A stretch of DNA of 64,000 nucleotides from Spirochaetia bacterium (lineage in GTDB: Bacteria > Spirochaetota > Spirochaetia > CADAEX01): NCBI GenBank assembly GCA_963662795.1, contig OY759746.1:2400001-2464000 (forward strand), read 5' to 3'. Of the stretch, positions 41,275-49,910 are shown piece after piece; positions within the stretch are counted from its first letter, which is position 1, and every line of letters begins with the position of its first letter. The position numbers and the translations under genes were made by a program. The notes beneath the pieces were generated by a model. It had not been told where the DNA came from, searched no databases, and worked only from the letters and a program-made list of their open reading frames with translations.

Positions 41275-42540
41275 ATGATGTTCAAAAGCACTTATACCAG
41301 GTATAAAATTATTTTCTTTCTTGCCATTATTACAGGAACTGTCGCTCTTTATTATTTCCGGGAACTGTATCCCGGGAGAGAGGGGCTTTTTTTACCTTTA
41401 CTCCTCTTATATTCTGTTCTTCTGTTTGCCATCCAGATTTTCTCTTTGAGCAGGGCGGATGTACACTGCAGAAAATGCTCAGATACACTGTTTCTGGAAT
41501 TTGACAGTGAGGATGATGTTATCAATGACATTATTGAACCGTGTAACAGTCTTCTTATAAGAATAAAGGAGCAGAAAGAAGTTAACAGGGAATTGGAAAG
41601 AAGACTGTCGGAGTCCCTTGCCAGGGCCGAAAATTACAGCGGTGAACTTGCATCCATGCTGGAAAACATAAATAATAAAAAAAATATTTTGGAAAATATA
41701 AAAAAATATCACGCTGAAATCATCAATGCGGCCGGGATGCTCCAGAATTTTAAAAAAAGTCATCAGGATTTTGAAAGTTATATGAGCAGTGCCGCAGGAA
41801 GCCAGATTGATTCCATAACCGGACTCTCTGATGTAATAAAAATTCTGATTGACTCAATATCAAAGGAATCGCAGATTGCGCATCGTGCTGAACTGATATC
41901 ACACGAAATGTCAGAAACAGTAAAGTCGGGCGGTGAGGATATAACAAAAACCATATGCCTGATAACTGAGATTGAAAAAATATCCCATAAGATAAGAGAA
42001 ATTATAATAGTTATTGACAATATTTCAGAGCAGACAAATCTTCTTGCAATGAATGCAGCAATTGAAGCAGCCCATGCCGGAGATGCCGGTAAGGGGTTTT
42101 CTGTAGTTTCAGGAGAAATACAGAAGCTGTCCAAAGAAACAAACCAGAGTTCGAGAAAAATATCAGAACTGGTGAAAAATGTTTCTGAAACAATAAAGGT
42201 AATGATTTCAAATGCACAGAATGCGTCCGGCGGGCTGAAGGCAATAATGGATTCTGTGACAAGAACAGAAAGTATTGTCGCAGACATTACAGGAGCAATA
42301 AATGAGCAGTCTGAAGAAAGCAGTAAAATCATGAATGCGGCAGGCGGGCTTTATAAATCCGCAGAAAGCATGAAAAACAATGCAGCCATGAATGTTAATA
42401 ATAAAATGAATTTTTCCCAGGCACTTGAAACGCTGGATTCCTCGGGAAGAAATCTTGAAGCTGATATCAACGGGTTTCTGGAAAATTTTGATAATACTGA
42501 AAAGATGCTGCGGAATATTTTAAGTGCCGAAAAGCTTTAA
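41275..42540 (+). CDS. Methyl-accepting chemotaxis protein
   Basis: [29 protein letters not shown] signalling tip; two adjacent N-terminal TMs. Confidence 0.93.
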   Translation: MMFKSTYTRYKIIFFLAIITGTVALYYFRELYPGREGLFLPLLLLYSVLLFAIQIFSLSRADVHCRKCSDTLFLEFDSEDDVINDIIEPCNSLLIRIKEQKEVNRELERRLSESLARAENYSGELASMLENINNKKNILENIKKYHAEIINAAGMLQNFKKSHQDFESYMSSAAGSQIDSITGLSDVIKILIDSISKESQIAHRAELISHEMSETVKSGGEDITKTICLITEIEKISHKIREIIIVIDNISEQTNLLAMNAAIEAAHAGDAGKGFSVVSGEIQKLSKETNQSSRKISELVKNVSETIKVMISNAQNASGGLKAIMDSVTRTESIVADITGAINEQSEESSKIMNAAGGLYKSAESMKNNAAMNVNNKMNFSQALETLDSSGRNLEADINGFLENFDNTEKMLRNILSAEKL

Positions 42541-42585
42541 GCAAAAGTTGAATCTGCTTCAGCCGTATTTTTAAGGGGATTAATA

Positions 42586-42984
42586 ATGTCAGATGAAAAA
42601 GAGATGGAAAATTTAAAAGCAGAGCTTGATTCGTTCAGAAAGGAAAAGGAAAAGATAAGAAAGATCATGGAGTCTATTGGAGGGTCCCGGCAAAAAAGTG
42701 AAGACAAGTTCCTGAATATTTTTTTTATTATAACAATTTTCTTCCTTTTTGCAGCTGATATCTTAAGGCACCTTTTCCATTTAAATATTCCGTATCCTTC
42801 CCTGTTTTCAATTGAACTTGGTGTTCTTCTTGTTTCAGTGAAGATAATATGGATGATTCACAGGCAGACCAAGGTGGAACATTTTCAATTCTGGATACTC
42901 AATTCAATAGAGTTCCGTGTAAACGAGATATCAAAGCGGTTGTCCAAAATGGAGGAAATACTTAAAGGGAACCCTAAACAATAA
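42586..42984 (+). CDS. Small two-TM hypothetical protein with coiled-coil ends
   Basis: 132 aa; HFQFWILNSIEFR motif; SD-like GGGG upstream. Confidence 0.7.
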   Translation: MSDEKEMENLKAELDSFRKEKEKIRKIMESIGGSRQKSEDKFLNIFFIITIFFLFAADILRHLFHLNIPYPSLFSIELGVLLVSVKIIWMIHRQTKVEHFQFWILNSIEFRVNEISKRLSKMEEILKGNPKQ

Positions 42985-44080
42985 TTCTCGGCACCCTCTT
43001 GTTGATATTGCAGTATATTTCGTATGGTATTGTCCCGCAAAGCTGCGCGACAGAATCGCCGCTTACTGCTGAATTCCCGCCGAACAGTATAACCTTGTCA
43101 CCTGTTTCGATACTGCGGTTTTTCCCGATATCCACCATGAACTGATCCATGCAGACCCTTCCCGCCACCGGGTAGGCTGCGCCCTTTATTTCGACTTTTC
43201 CCCTGCTGCTTAAAAGCCTGTTATACCCGTCAGCGTAGCCTGCCGGAATAGTAGCTATAAAGGTATCTTCCTTTGCTTCCCAGGTAAGTCCGTAGGAAAT
43301 CCTGTCTCCTTTTTTAACCTTTTTAATAAAAAGTACTGAAGATTCAAAAGTCATTACCGGTTTTATGTCAAATGTTTTTTCTGTCTCTGTGTCAGGGTAT
43401 GAGCCGTAAAGTATTATCCCCGGCCTTACCATATCAAAAAAAGCATCAGGGTACTGCAGAATGGCACCTGAGTTTGCCGCATGGACAAGTCCTGTATCGA
43501 TTTTTTTCTCCCTGATCTTATCAACAGTATTTTTAAATAAAGCGATCTGGTTTTCCGTGAATTCCCTGTCCCTTGTGTCGGATACCGGGAAATGGGTACA
43601 TACGCCGCCGAGTTTAAGGTTTTTATTTTCCGCAATGAATTCCGCTATTGCCGGAGCCTCTTCAGGTCTGCATCCGATCCTTCTCATTCCGGTGTCAATC
43701 TTGAGATGGACAGTTTTCCTGACTCCTCTTTTTTGAGCTTCTTTTGCTATATCATTGAGGTAAGATGTGTCTGCGGTAAAAGGGGTAATATCAAAATCAA
43801 ATAGTTCACCTATTTCGCCGGATGACGCAAGACTGAAAAGAAGTATCGGCGCCTTGAGTCCTTTTTCCCTTAGGGATGCCCCCTCGCTTACAGCCGCAAC
43901 TCCAAGGTAATCCGCAGAAGCGGTATCAATGGCCCTGCCTGCTAACGCCGCGGCCCCGTGTCCATAGGCATCCGCTTTAACAGCAATGCATATTTTTCTG
44001 TTTTTCCCTGTTCTTTCCCTTATGTTCCTGAGATTGTAAAGGAAATTGCCTTCGCTTATTAATGCTTTTGTGACTCTCAT
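42974..44080 (-). CDS. alr: Alanine racemase
   Basis: AVKADAYGHG PLP-Lys motif, HLKIDTGM, GYADG, GRVCMD; ATG 44080. Confidence 0.97.
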   Translation of the reverse strand: MRVTKALISEGNFLYNLRNIRERTGKNRKICIAVKADAYGHGAAALAGRAIDTASADYLGVAAVSEGASLREKGLKAPILLFSLASSGEIGELFDFDITPFTADTSYLNDIAKEAQKRGVRKTVHLKIDTGMRRIGCRPEEAPAIAEFIAENKNLKLGGVCTHFPVSDTRDREFTENQIALFKNTVDKIREKKIDTGLVHAANSGAILQYPDAFFDMVRPGIILYGSYPDTETEKTFDIKPVMTFESSVLFIKKVKKGDRISYGLTWEAKEDTFIATIPAGYADGYNRLLSSRGKVEIKGAAYPVAGRVCMDQFMVDIGKNRSIETGDKVILFGGNSAVSGDSVAQLCGTIPYEIYCNINKRVPRIIV

Positions 44081-44087
44081 GTTTACA

Positions 44088-44116
44088 ATATTATCACCGC
44101 TAACTTCACAGTGCAA
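44088..44116 (-). promoter_or_regulatory. Sigma70 promoter of alr, probably leaderless
   Basis: TTGCAC-N17-TAATAT with TGn extension; ATG 7 nt downstream; no SD. Confidence 0.65.
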
Positions 44117-44154
44117 GGCTCGATTTTATAATAGTTCTGTATTAAATTTACTTT

Positions 44155-44799
44155 ATGGATTTATTTGAAAACAAAAGAAAGCAGATGGTTGAGTATCAGA
44201 TAAAGGCCAGGGGTATTTCTTCAGAAAAAGTCCTTGAAGCAATGATGAAAGTCAACCGGCACCTGTTTGTCCCGCCGGATAAGGAACTTTATGCCTATGA
44301 GGACAGGCCTCTTGCAATCGGGCATGGACAGACAATCTCCCAGCCCTATATAGTGGCGCTGATGACTGAAGCGGCATCCCTTGCAGGCAGCGAGAAAGTC
44401 CTTGAAGTCGGCACAGGGTCAGGCTATCAGTGCGCTGTGCTTTCATGCTTATCCGATTTTGTTTATACAATTGAAAGAATAAAACCTCTCGCAGTGCTTG
44501 CCGGTAAAACACTTACCGATAATGGATTTTTGAACTGTAAAATTATACACGGCGACGGCTACAATGGCCTTCCGGATCAGGCACCGTTTGATGTAATTAT
44601 GTTAACCGCATCTCCTCCAGCCATGCCGGAAAAACTGCTCAAACAGCTTAACGAAGACGGGGGCAGGATGATTCTCCCTTTAGGTTCTGTCAGCCAGACA
44701 CTTATTAAAGTTATCAGATACAGAAGCAGATTCATCCGCGAGGATCTTGCCGGTGTAATGTTTGTTCCAATGGTGTCTGGTGTGCCGGATTATACATGA
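44155..44799 (+). CDS. pcm: Protein-L-isoaspartate O-methyltransferase
   Basis: GQTISQPY, VLEVGTGSGY, GDG...APFD, FVPM. Confidence 0.96.
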   Translation: MDLFENKRKQMVEYQIKARGISSEKVLEAMMKVNRHLFVPPDKELYAYEDRPLAIGHGQTISQPYIVALMTEAASLAGSEKVLEVGTGSGYQCAVLSCLSDFVYTIERIKPLAVLAGKTLTDNGFLNCKIIHGDGYNGLPDQAPFDVIMLTASPPAMPEKLLKQLNEDGGRMILPLGSVSQTLIKVIRYRSRFIREDLAGVMFVPMVSGVPDYT

Positions 44800-44969
44800 A
44801 TCGGCAGGAAATGTTTACAAAAACGCAATTATATGAATTACTGTTTGCCATAAAGGTGCATTCGGATTTAGAATAAAAGAGGTAAAACTTCAAACTGAAT
44901 TATAATGAAGTTTTACTGCACCCAGAGTGTCCGGTTATTCATGCATATTTGAGCTGCAAGGAGCTGATT

Positions 44970-46394
44970 ATGGAAATTAATTTTTATTCAAGAGGGGCTG
45001 CCCAGGAAGTTACGGGATCACGCCACTATCTCGAAGTTAACGGATCTGTTGTACAGATTGACTGCGGGGCCTACCAGGGGAAAAGGCAGGAATCAGAGGA
45101 AAGAAACAGGGCTATAGCAAAGGATATAAAAGATGTGAATGCCGTCGTTCTAACCCATGCCCATTTTGACCACAGCGGAATGCTCCCGGTTCTTGCTAAA
45201 AACGGATATTCGGGAAATATTTACGCAACTCCTGCAACACGGGATCTTGCCTCACTGATCATGATGGACAGCGCCCATATTCAGGCGAGAGATATTGAAT
45301 ATCTCAGAAAAAAAGCATTGAAGAACGGAACCCAGTTCAGCGGAGAAGTTATTTATGATGAGGAAGATGTTATAAAAGCAGGAAACCAGTTTGTCACTGT
45401 TTCATATAAAAGACCTATACTTTTGACTCCTGAAGTTGAACTTACCTTTTATGATGCGGGTCATATCCTCGGTTCCTCAGTAGCTGTTTTCAGGATAAAG
45501 GATAAAGATGGAAAAGAGATAATATTTGCATCCTCAGGCGATCTCGGAAGAAACAACAAACCCATTATCAGGGATCCTGAAATAATACCGGATCCTGATT
45601 ATCTTGTTATTGAAAGCACCTACGGCGACCGGCTCCACGATAGTGATTTTGATGCGGAGAAAAAACTGGGTGAGATTATAAGGGAAACTGCGCAGAAAGG
45701 GGGCAAGATAGTTATTCCCGCGTTCGCGATTGAGAGGACACAGGAAATTATCTACCATCTTCACCTTCTTCTGGACAGAAAAGAAATCCCTGAAATGCCG
45801 ATTTTCGTGGATAGCCCTATGGCAACTAACGCTACTGCCATTTTCAGAATACATCCTGAATGCTATGATGCTGAAACCAATGAAGCTTTTATAAAGCATC
45901 ATCAGAATCCTTTCGGCTTCAACTCCCTCCGGTATACATCAAGCGTTGAGGAATCAAAAAGCATAAATGATGTAGCAGGGCCCGCAATAATAATTTCCGC
46001 AGACGGTATGTGCGAGGCAGGGCGGATCAGGCATCATCTGATACAGACAGTTGAAAAACCTGAAAACACAATTCTTATAGTCGGTTATATGGCACAGCAT
46101 ACACTGGGAAGAAGAATACAGGAAAAAAATAACAAAATAAAAATATTCGGCGATACACTTGTTTTAAGAGCCAGGGTCGAGTCGCTGAACGCATTCAGCG
46201 CGCATGCAGATTACAATGAAATCAGGGATTATGTATCGCGGCTTGATTTAAAGAAATTAAAAAAGGTTTTTCTTGTTCACGGTGAGCCTGATGCTCAGGA
46301 TAACCTTAAAAAGGAACTTGAAAAAGCAGGAATAAAAAGCGTGGAAATTGTTAAATATGGAGAAAATTACAAAATTACCCAGGACTCTGAATAA
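44970..46394 (+). CDS. Beta-CASP MBL-fold ribonuclease
   Basis: THAHFDH, AGHILGS, ESTYG, IPAFAIER, FSAHAD, LVHGE. Confidence 0.93.
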   Translation: MEINFYSRGAAQEVTGSRHYLEVNGSVVQIDCGAYQGKRQESEERNRAIAKDIKDVNAVVLTHAHFDHSGMLPVLAKNGYSGNIYATPATRDLASLIMMDSAHIQARDIEYLRKKALKNGTQFSGEVIYDEEDVIKAGNQFVTVSYKRPILLTPEVELTFYDAGHILGSSVAVFRIKDKDGKEIIFASSGDLGRNNKPIIRDPEIIPDPDYLVIESTYGDRLHDSDFDAEKKLGEIIRETAQKGGKIVIPAFAIERTQEIIYHLHLLLDRKEIPEMPIFVDSPMATNATAIFRIHPECYDAETNEAFIKHHQNPFGFNSLRYTSSVEESKSINDVAGPAIIISADGMCEAGRIRHHLIQTVEKPENTILIVGYMAQHTLGRRIQEKNNKIKIFGDTLVLRARVESLNAFSAHADYNEIRDYVSRLDLKKLKKVFLVHGEPDAQDNLKKELEKAGIKSVEIVKYGENYKITQDSE

Positions 46395-46438
46395 TCAGGG
46401 CCTATAAATTTATTTTACTGAATTTAATAAAGTAACAT

Positions 46439-47794
46439 ATGAAAAGAAGATACATAATAGCTATCACAATATTGTTTTTATCCGCTTTGAGCCTGTTATC
46501 AGAATACTATGTGAGACTGATTATAAAAGAAAACAGGGCGGTCCTCAGGGTCCTGACTGCGGAAAAAGCTAATATTGTAAGAGTAAAGCTTGAAAGCATA
46601 ATTAACACAAATCTCAACCTCACATACGGTCTTATTGCCAGTATAGCAGTAAATCAGGATTTTAAAAAAAGTGAAATGGACCGGCTGGCTGAATTTGTTC
46701 TTCAGGAATCCAATTCAATCAGAAATATCGCGTTAGCGCCGGGAAATGTTATTGCCTATGTAAGTCCATATGAAGAAAATAAAAAGGCGATAGGTCTTGC
46801 ATATCTTGAAAACGCGGAACATCGGGATTCAGTTCTTAAAATGATGAAAGTAAAGCGCAAAGTAGTTGCCGGGCCAGTCAGCCTTGTGCAGGGCGGAACA
46901 GGCTTTATCGGAAGAATACCTGTCTACAGGGATACGGAAAAAACAGAATACTGGGGACTTGCAAGCATTGTAATTGACGCCGAATGTGTTTATGAGCGTT
47001 CAGGTTTGAAGGACAATGTTTCAGGGATTGAAATCGCCCTTAGCGGAAGAGACGGTTCAGGTGAATGCGGAGATGTTTTTTTCGGGAAGGAAGAAATATT
47101 CAACAATGATCCTGTAATACTTACTGTTCAGCTGGGAGATGATTCCTGGGTACTTGGGGCTGTTCCTGCAGGAGGGTGGAACGATCCTGAATCAAACAGG
47201 AAGATTCTGCTTGCCAGAATCGGCGGTATAACAATTGCCCTTTTTTTAACCCTTTCTTTTCTTATTCTGCTGCTGTCAAACAGGACAATGCAGTATTATG
47301 CACTTTATGATCCGCTTACCGGGCTTGCCAACAGGAGGCTGTTCAGGATTGTATCACAACAGCTTTTAAATCTTTCATACAGGAAAAACAGGATACTCGG
47401 CATACTTTTCCTCGATCTTGATGACTTCAAAAAGGTAAACGATACTTACGGGCACAAGACAGGAGACAAGGTACTTGTTGAAACATCTAACCGGATAAAG
47501 GACTCATTAAGAAAATCCGATATAGTCTGCAGACATGGAGGAGATGAGTTTGTTGTAATACTTCATGATGTGGACTCCAGGGATAACATAGAAAAAATTG
47601 CCGGGAAGATTTTAAACAGTATTTCACAGCCTCTGAATCTCCAGGGGCTTATAATCAACTTAGGGGTAAGTATCGGGATATCTATCTATCCTGAAGATGG
47701 TGTTTCAATTTCCGATCTCCTTAAAAAAGCAGATTCAGCAATGTATTGTGCAAAGCAACGCGGAAAAATGTCATTCCATTTTTATAAGCAATAA
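46439..47794 (+). CDS. CHASE-domain diguanylate cyclase
   Basis: TM-CHASE-like (GPVSLVQGG)-TM; DPLTGLANRR, GGDEF with RKSD I-site. Confidence 0.92.
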   Translation: MKRRYIIAITILFLSALSLLSEYYVRLIIKENRAVLRVLTAEKANIVRVKLESIINTNLNLTYGLIASIAVNQDFKKSEMDRLAEFVLQESNSIRNIALAPGNVIAYVSPYEENKKAIGLAYLENAEHRDSVLKMMKVKRKVVAGPVSLVQGGTGFIGRIPVYRDTEKTEYWGLASIVIDAECVYERSGLKDNVSGIEIALSGRDGSGECGDVFFGKEEIFNNDPVILTVQLGDDSWVLGAVPAGGWNDPESNRKILLARIGGITIALFLTLSFLILLLSNRTMQYYALYDPLTGLANRRLFRIVSQQLLNLSYRKNRILGILFLDLDDFKKVNDTYGHKTGDKVLVETSNRIKDSLRKSDIVCRHGGDEFVVILHDVDSRDNIEKIAGKILNSISQPLNLQGLIINLGVSIGISIYPEDGVSISDLLKKADSAMYCAKQRGKMSFHFYKQ

Positions 47795-47856
47795 ACTATT
47801 TTTCGTGCTGCCAATATCCTTTTGTAATATATTTTTTTAACGGAGGAATTCTTATC

Positions 47857-48383
47857 ATGAAAAAAATAATATTTTTCTTTTCTCATTATTATCTGTTTTC
47901 GGGGAAGTAGAATTCGACGGTAAAACATACTTTACGGATAAGGACCTCGAAAAGTATAACCGTGAAAGCAAGGCAGGTTTTTTTATAGCTGTTGACGGTG
48001 TGGTTTACGATGTATCAAAAGTCCCTGCCTGGAAAAGCGGCAGCCATAAGAGCGGCAGTGCGGGAGAAGACATCTCCGGCAAGATTACATCTGCTCCTCA
48101 CGGGAAAAAAGTTCTTGCAAGGCTGCCTGTCTCTGGTTATCTTGTAAAAGGATTTACACTGAAAGAACTTGAGGCTTACAACGGAAAAAACGGCATGCCG
48201 AAATATATTGCAGTCGACGGTGTTGTTTTTGATGTAGGAAATACCGCAGCCTGAAACTCAGGCATGCACAAAGTCGGAGCAGCAGGAGAAGATATCTCTG
48301 ACAAAATCGTAAAGGCCCCTCACGGCAAAGGGGTTCTTCAGAAGAGAAAAGTTGCAGGAATAATCTCTTCTGCTGTACAATAA
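47857..48383 (+). pseudogene. Exported tandem cytochrome b5-like heme/steroid-binding protein, broken
   Basis: SD GGAGG + MKKII; frameshift in signal peptide; two IAVDGVVxDV...W..G.H...AGEDIS...APHG units, the second W replaced by TGA at 48252. Confidence 0.8.
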
Positions 48384-48399
48384 ATAAAAATAGCTGATA

Positions 48400-49038
48400 T
48401 TGCGCCAGGCAGGTATAAAAGAATTGAATTATTTTTCAATAATTGATGTTGAAACGACAGGTTTTTCACCATTAAAAAACGACAGGATCGTTGAGATCGG
48501 TATAATAAAAATTGATGAAGAAGGTAAATTTCTCGGTTCGTTTGAGACACTTGTAAATCCTCAAAGGGAAGTAGGCCCAACCCATGTACACGGTATATCT
48601 GAAAGTATGGTTACAGGCGCCCCAAGTTTCTCGGAAATAGCATGCGATATCCTTGAATTTATTGACGGGACATATCTGGCTGCCCATAACTCCGAGTTTG
48701 ATATGAGTTTTCTAAGGAATGAGTTTTCTCCGTTTGGCGTGGATATATCCGCGTTTCCAGGTTTCTGTACATTGAAAATCGCGCGGGAAATACTTCCTTC
48801 ACTTCCGTCAAAAAGCCTTGATTATCTTACCCGCCATTTCGATATCAAAAATCCTCTCATGCATTCAGCATATTCGGATGCTGTTGCCGCATCGGAGCTG
48901 CTGCTGATTTTTTTGAAAAAATATAATTATCAGTTAAAATATGACCGGATGAAAATTGTTGAGAATGTAATGAAGGACAATCTCTTCTTTACCCCTTCCG
49001 GCAAAAAGCTTACAAGGGCAGACCTGCTTAAAATGTAA
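48400..49038 (+). CDS. DEDDh 3'-5' exonuclease (DnaQ/PolC-like); start uncertain
   Basis: IDVETTG, AHNSEFD, HSAYSDA Exo I-III motifs. Confidence 0.88.
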   Translation: MRQAGIKELNYFSIIDVETTGFSPLKNDRIVEIGIIKIDEEGKFLGSFETLVNPQREVGPTHVHGISESMVTGAPSFSEIACDILEFIDGTYLAAHNSEFDMSFLRNEFSPFGVDISAFPGFCTLKIAREILPSLPSKSLDYLTRHFDIKNPLMHSAYSDAVAASELLLIFLKKYNYQLKYDRMKIVENVMKDNLFFTPSGKKLTRADLLKM

Positions 49039-49046
49039 AAGATGTA

Positions 49047-49075
49047 TTGATTTATACTTAACATGTGTATAGTAT
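49047..49075 (+). promoter_or_regulatory. Promoter of the umuD remnant with a palindrome in the spacer
   Basis: TTGATT-N17-TAGTAT; TATAC-N9-GTATA at 49053-49071; GTG 6 nt after the -10 box. Confidence 0.5.
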
Positions 49076-49081
49076 GTATCT

Positions 49082-49525
49082 GTGGACAGCATAAATCTTC
49101 AAAAAATATCAGTTTTACAGGATCAAAGCTCCGGGAATTCACCCCGTATATGGCTTTTTAACGATCTTATAAAATGCGGATTCCCGTCTCCCTCCGAAGG
49201 ATACGCTGATGCGGAAATTGATTTCAACACATATATTATTGACCGACCCTCCTCCTCATACTGCTTTTTTGTTAAAGGAGATTCCATGGAAGGGCTCCAT
49301 ATCCTCAGCGGGAGCTGTAACTGTTGTGTTTGAACCAGACAGGCACAGGGAAAGTGAAAAAAACTGCAGCAGGCAGTCAGCGAAATAAACTTCAGATATG
49401 GCAGAAATACTGTCTCAAGCCTTTCATGCGGAACCGGGAACCCTGAGTGGCAAATGAGGCAGCAGAAGCTTTCCCCCGGATATACTACAGAGATCAATGA
49501 TTTTCCGGTTGTTTCCGCGGGGTAG
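49082..49525 (+). pseudogene. umuD: umuDC remnant: umuD 5' part joined to umuC 3' tail
   Basis: KCGFPSP and VKGDSM (UmuD); then 49361-49525 KLQQAVSEINFRYG...WQMRQQKLSPGYTT (UmuC C-terminal DUF4113 motif). Confidence 0.85.
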
Positions 49526-49579
49526 GCTGTGATGAAAAACTTCTCTCCCGGCTGCCCGGCAACGGATAAAAAAAAGTGA

Positions 49580-49687
49580 TTGACCATTGGAAAAAAAGAA
49601 TATAACATAACCTGACCTGACCGATTAGTCGGCAACTCCCTGAAAACAGGGAGAATTTTTTTAAGCATATAACGACCGGTTGGTCGG
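49580..49687 (+). promoter_or_regulatory. Symporter promoter with two operator-like motifs
   Basis: TTGACC-N17-TAACAT; GACCGRTTRGTCGG at 49619 and 49674; hairpin CTCCCTG-AAAA-CAGGGAG between them. Confidence 0.55.
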
Positions 49688-49712
49688 TATATTGTCAAAA
49701 AGGGGGTCTACA

Positions 49713-49910
49713 TTGGGCGGATTTGCAGATTTTTCAGTTTTTCTTGCTTATTCTCTGGTTTTTCTGTCAGCTGCTGTATGCATTATTTATGGCATAGTCA
49801 ACTGGAATAAAGAGGGGGATGTCAGCGCGGAAGAAAATGAGGAAGAAAAAAAATGGCTGAAAACCGAGATTGAAATTGATGAAGAAATATCAGGAGGAGG
49901 GGCCGTATGA
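49713..49910 (+). CDS. Small single-TM symporter accessory protein
   Basis: CIIYGIVNWN motif; ATGA overlap with SSS gene; TTG start after AAGGGGG. Confidence 0.8.
   Translation: MGGFADFSVFLAYSLVFLSAAVCIIYGIVNWNKEGDVSAEENEEEKKWLKTEIEIDEEISGGGAV

Noticed and set aside
48252-48254. TGA at a Trp position suggesting recoding (code 4 or selenocysteine)
   Set aside because: TGA ends core genes here (rpsE, rpsM, rplQ), Trp is TGG elsewhere, the aligned residue is not Cys, and the gene has a second lesion
49123-49698. 191-aa minus-strand ORF
   Set aside because: Antisense to recognisable umuD/umuC remnants and the symporter promoter; no motif
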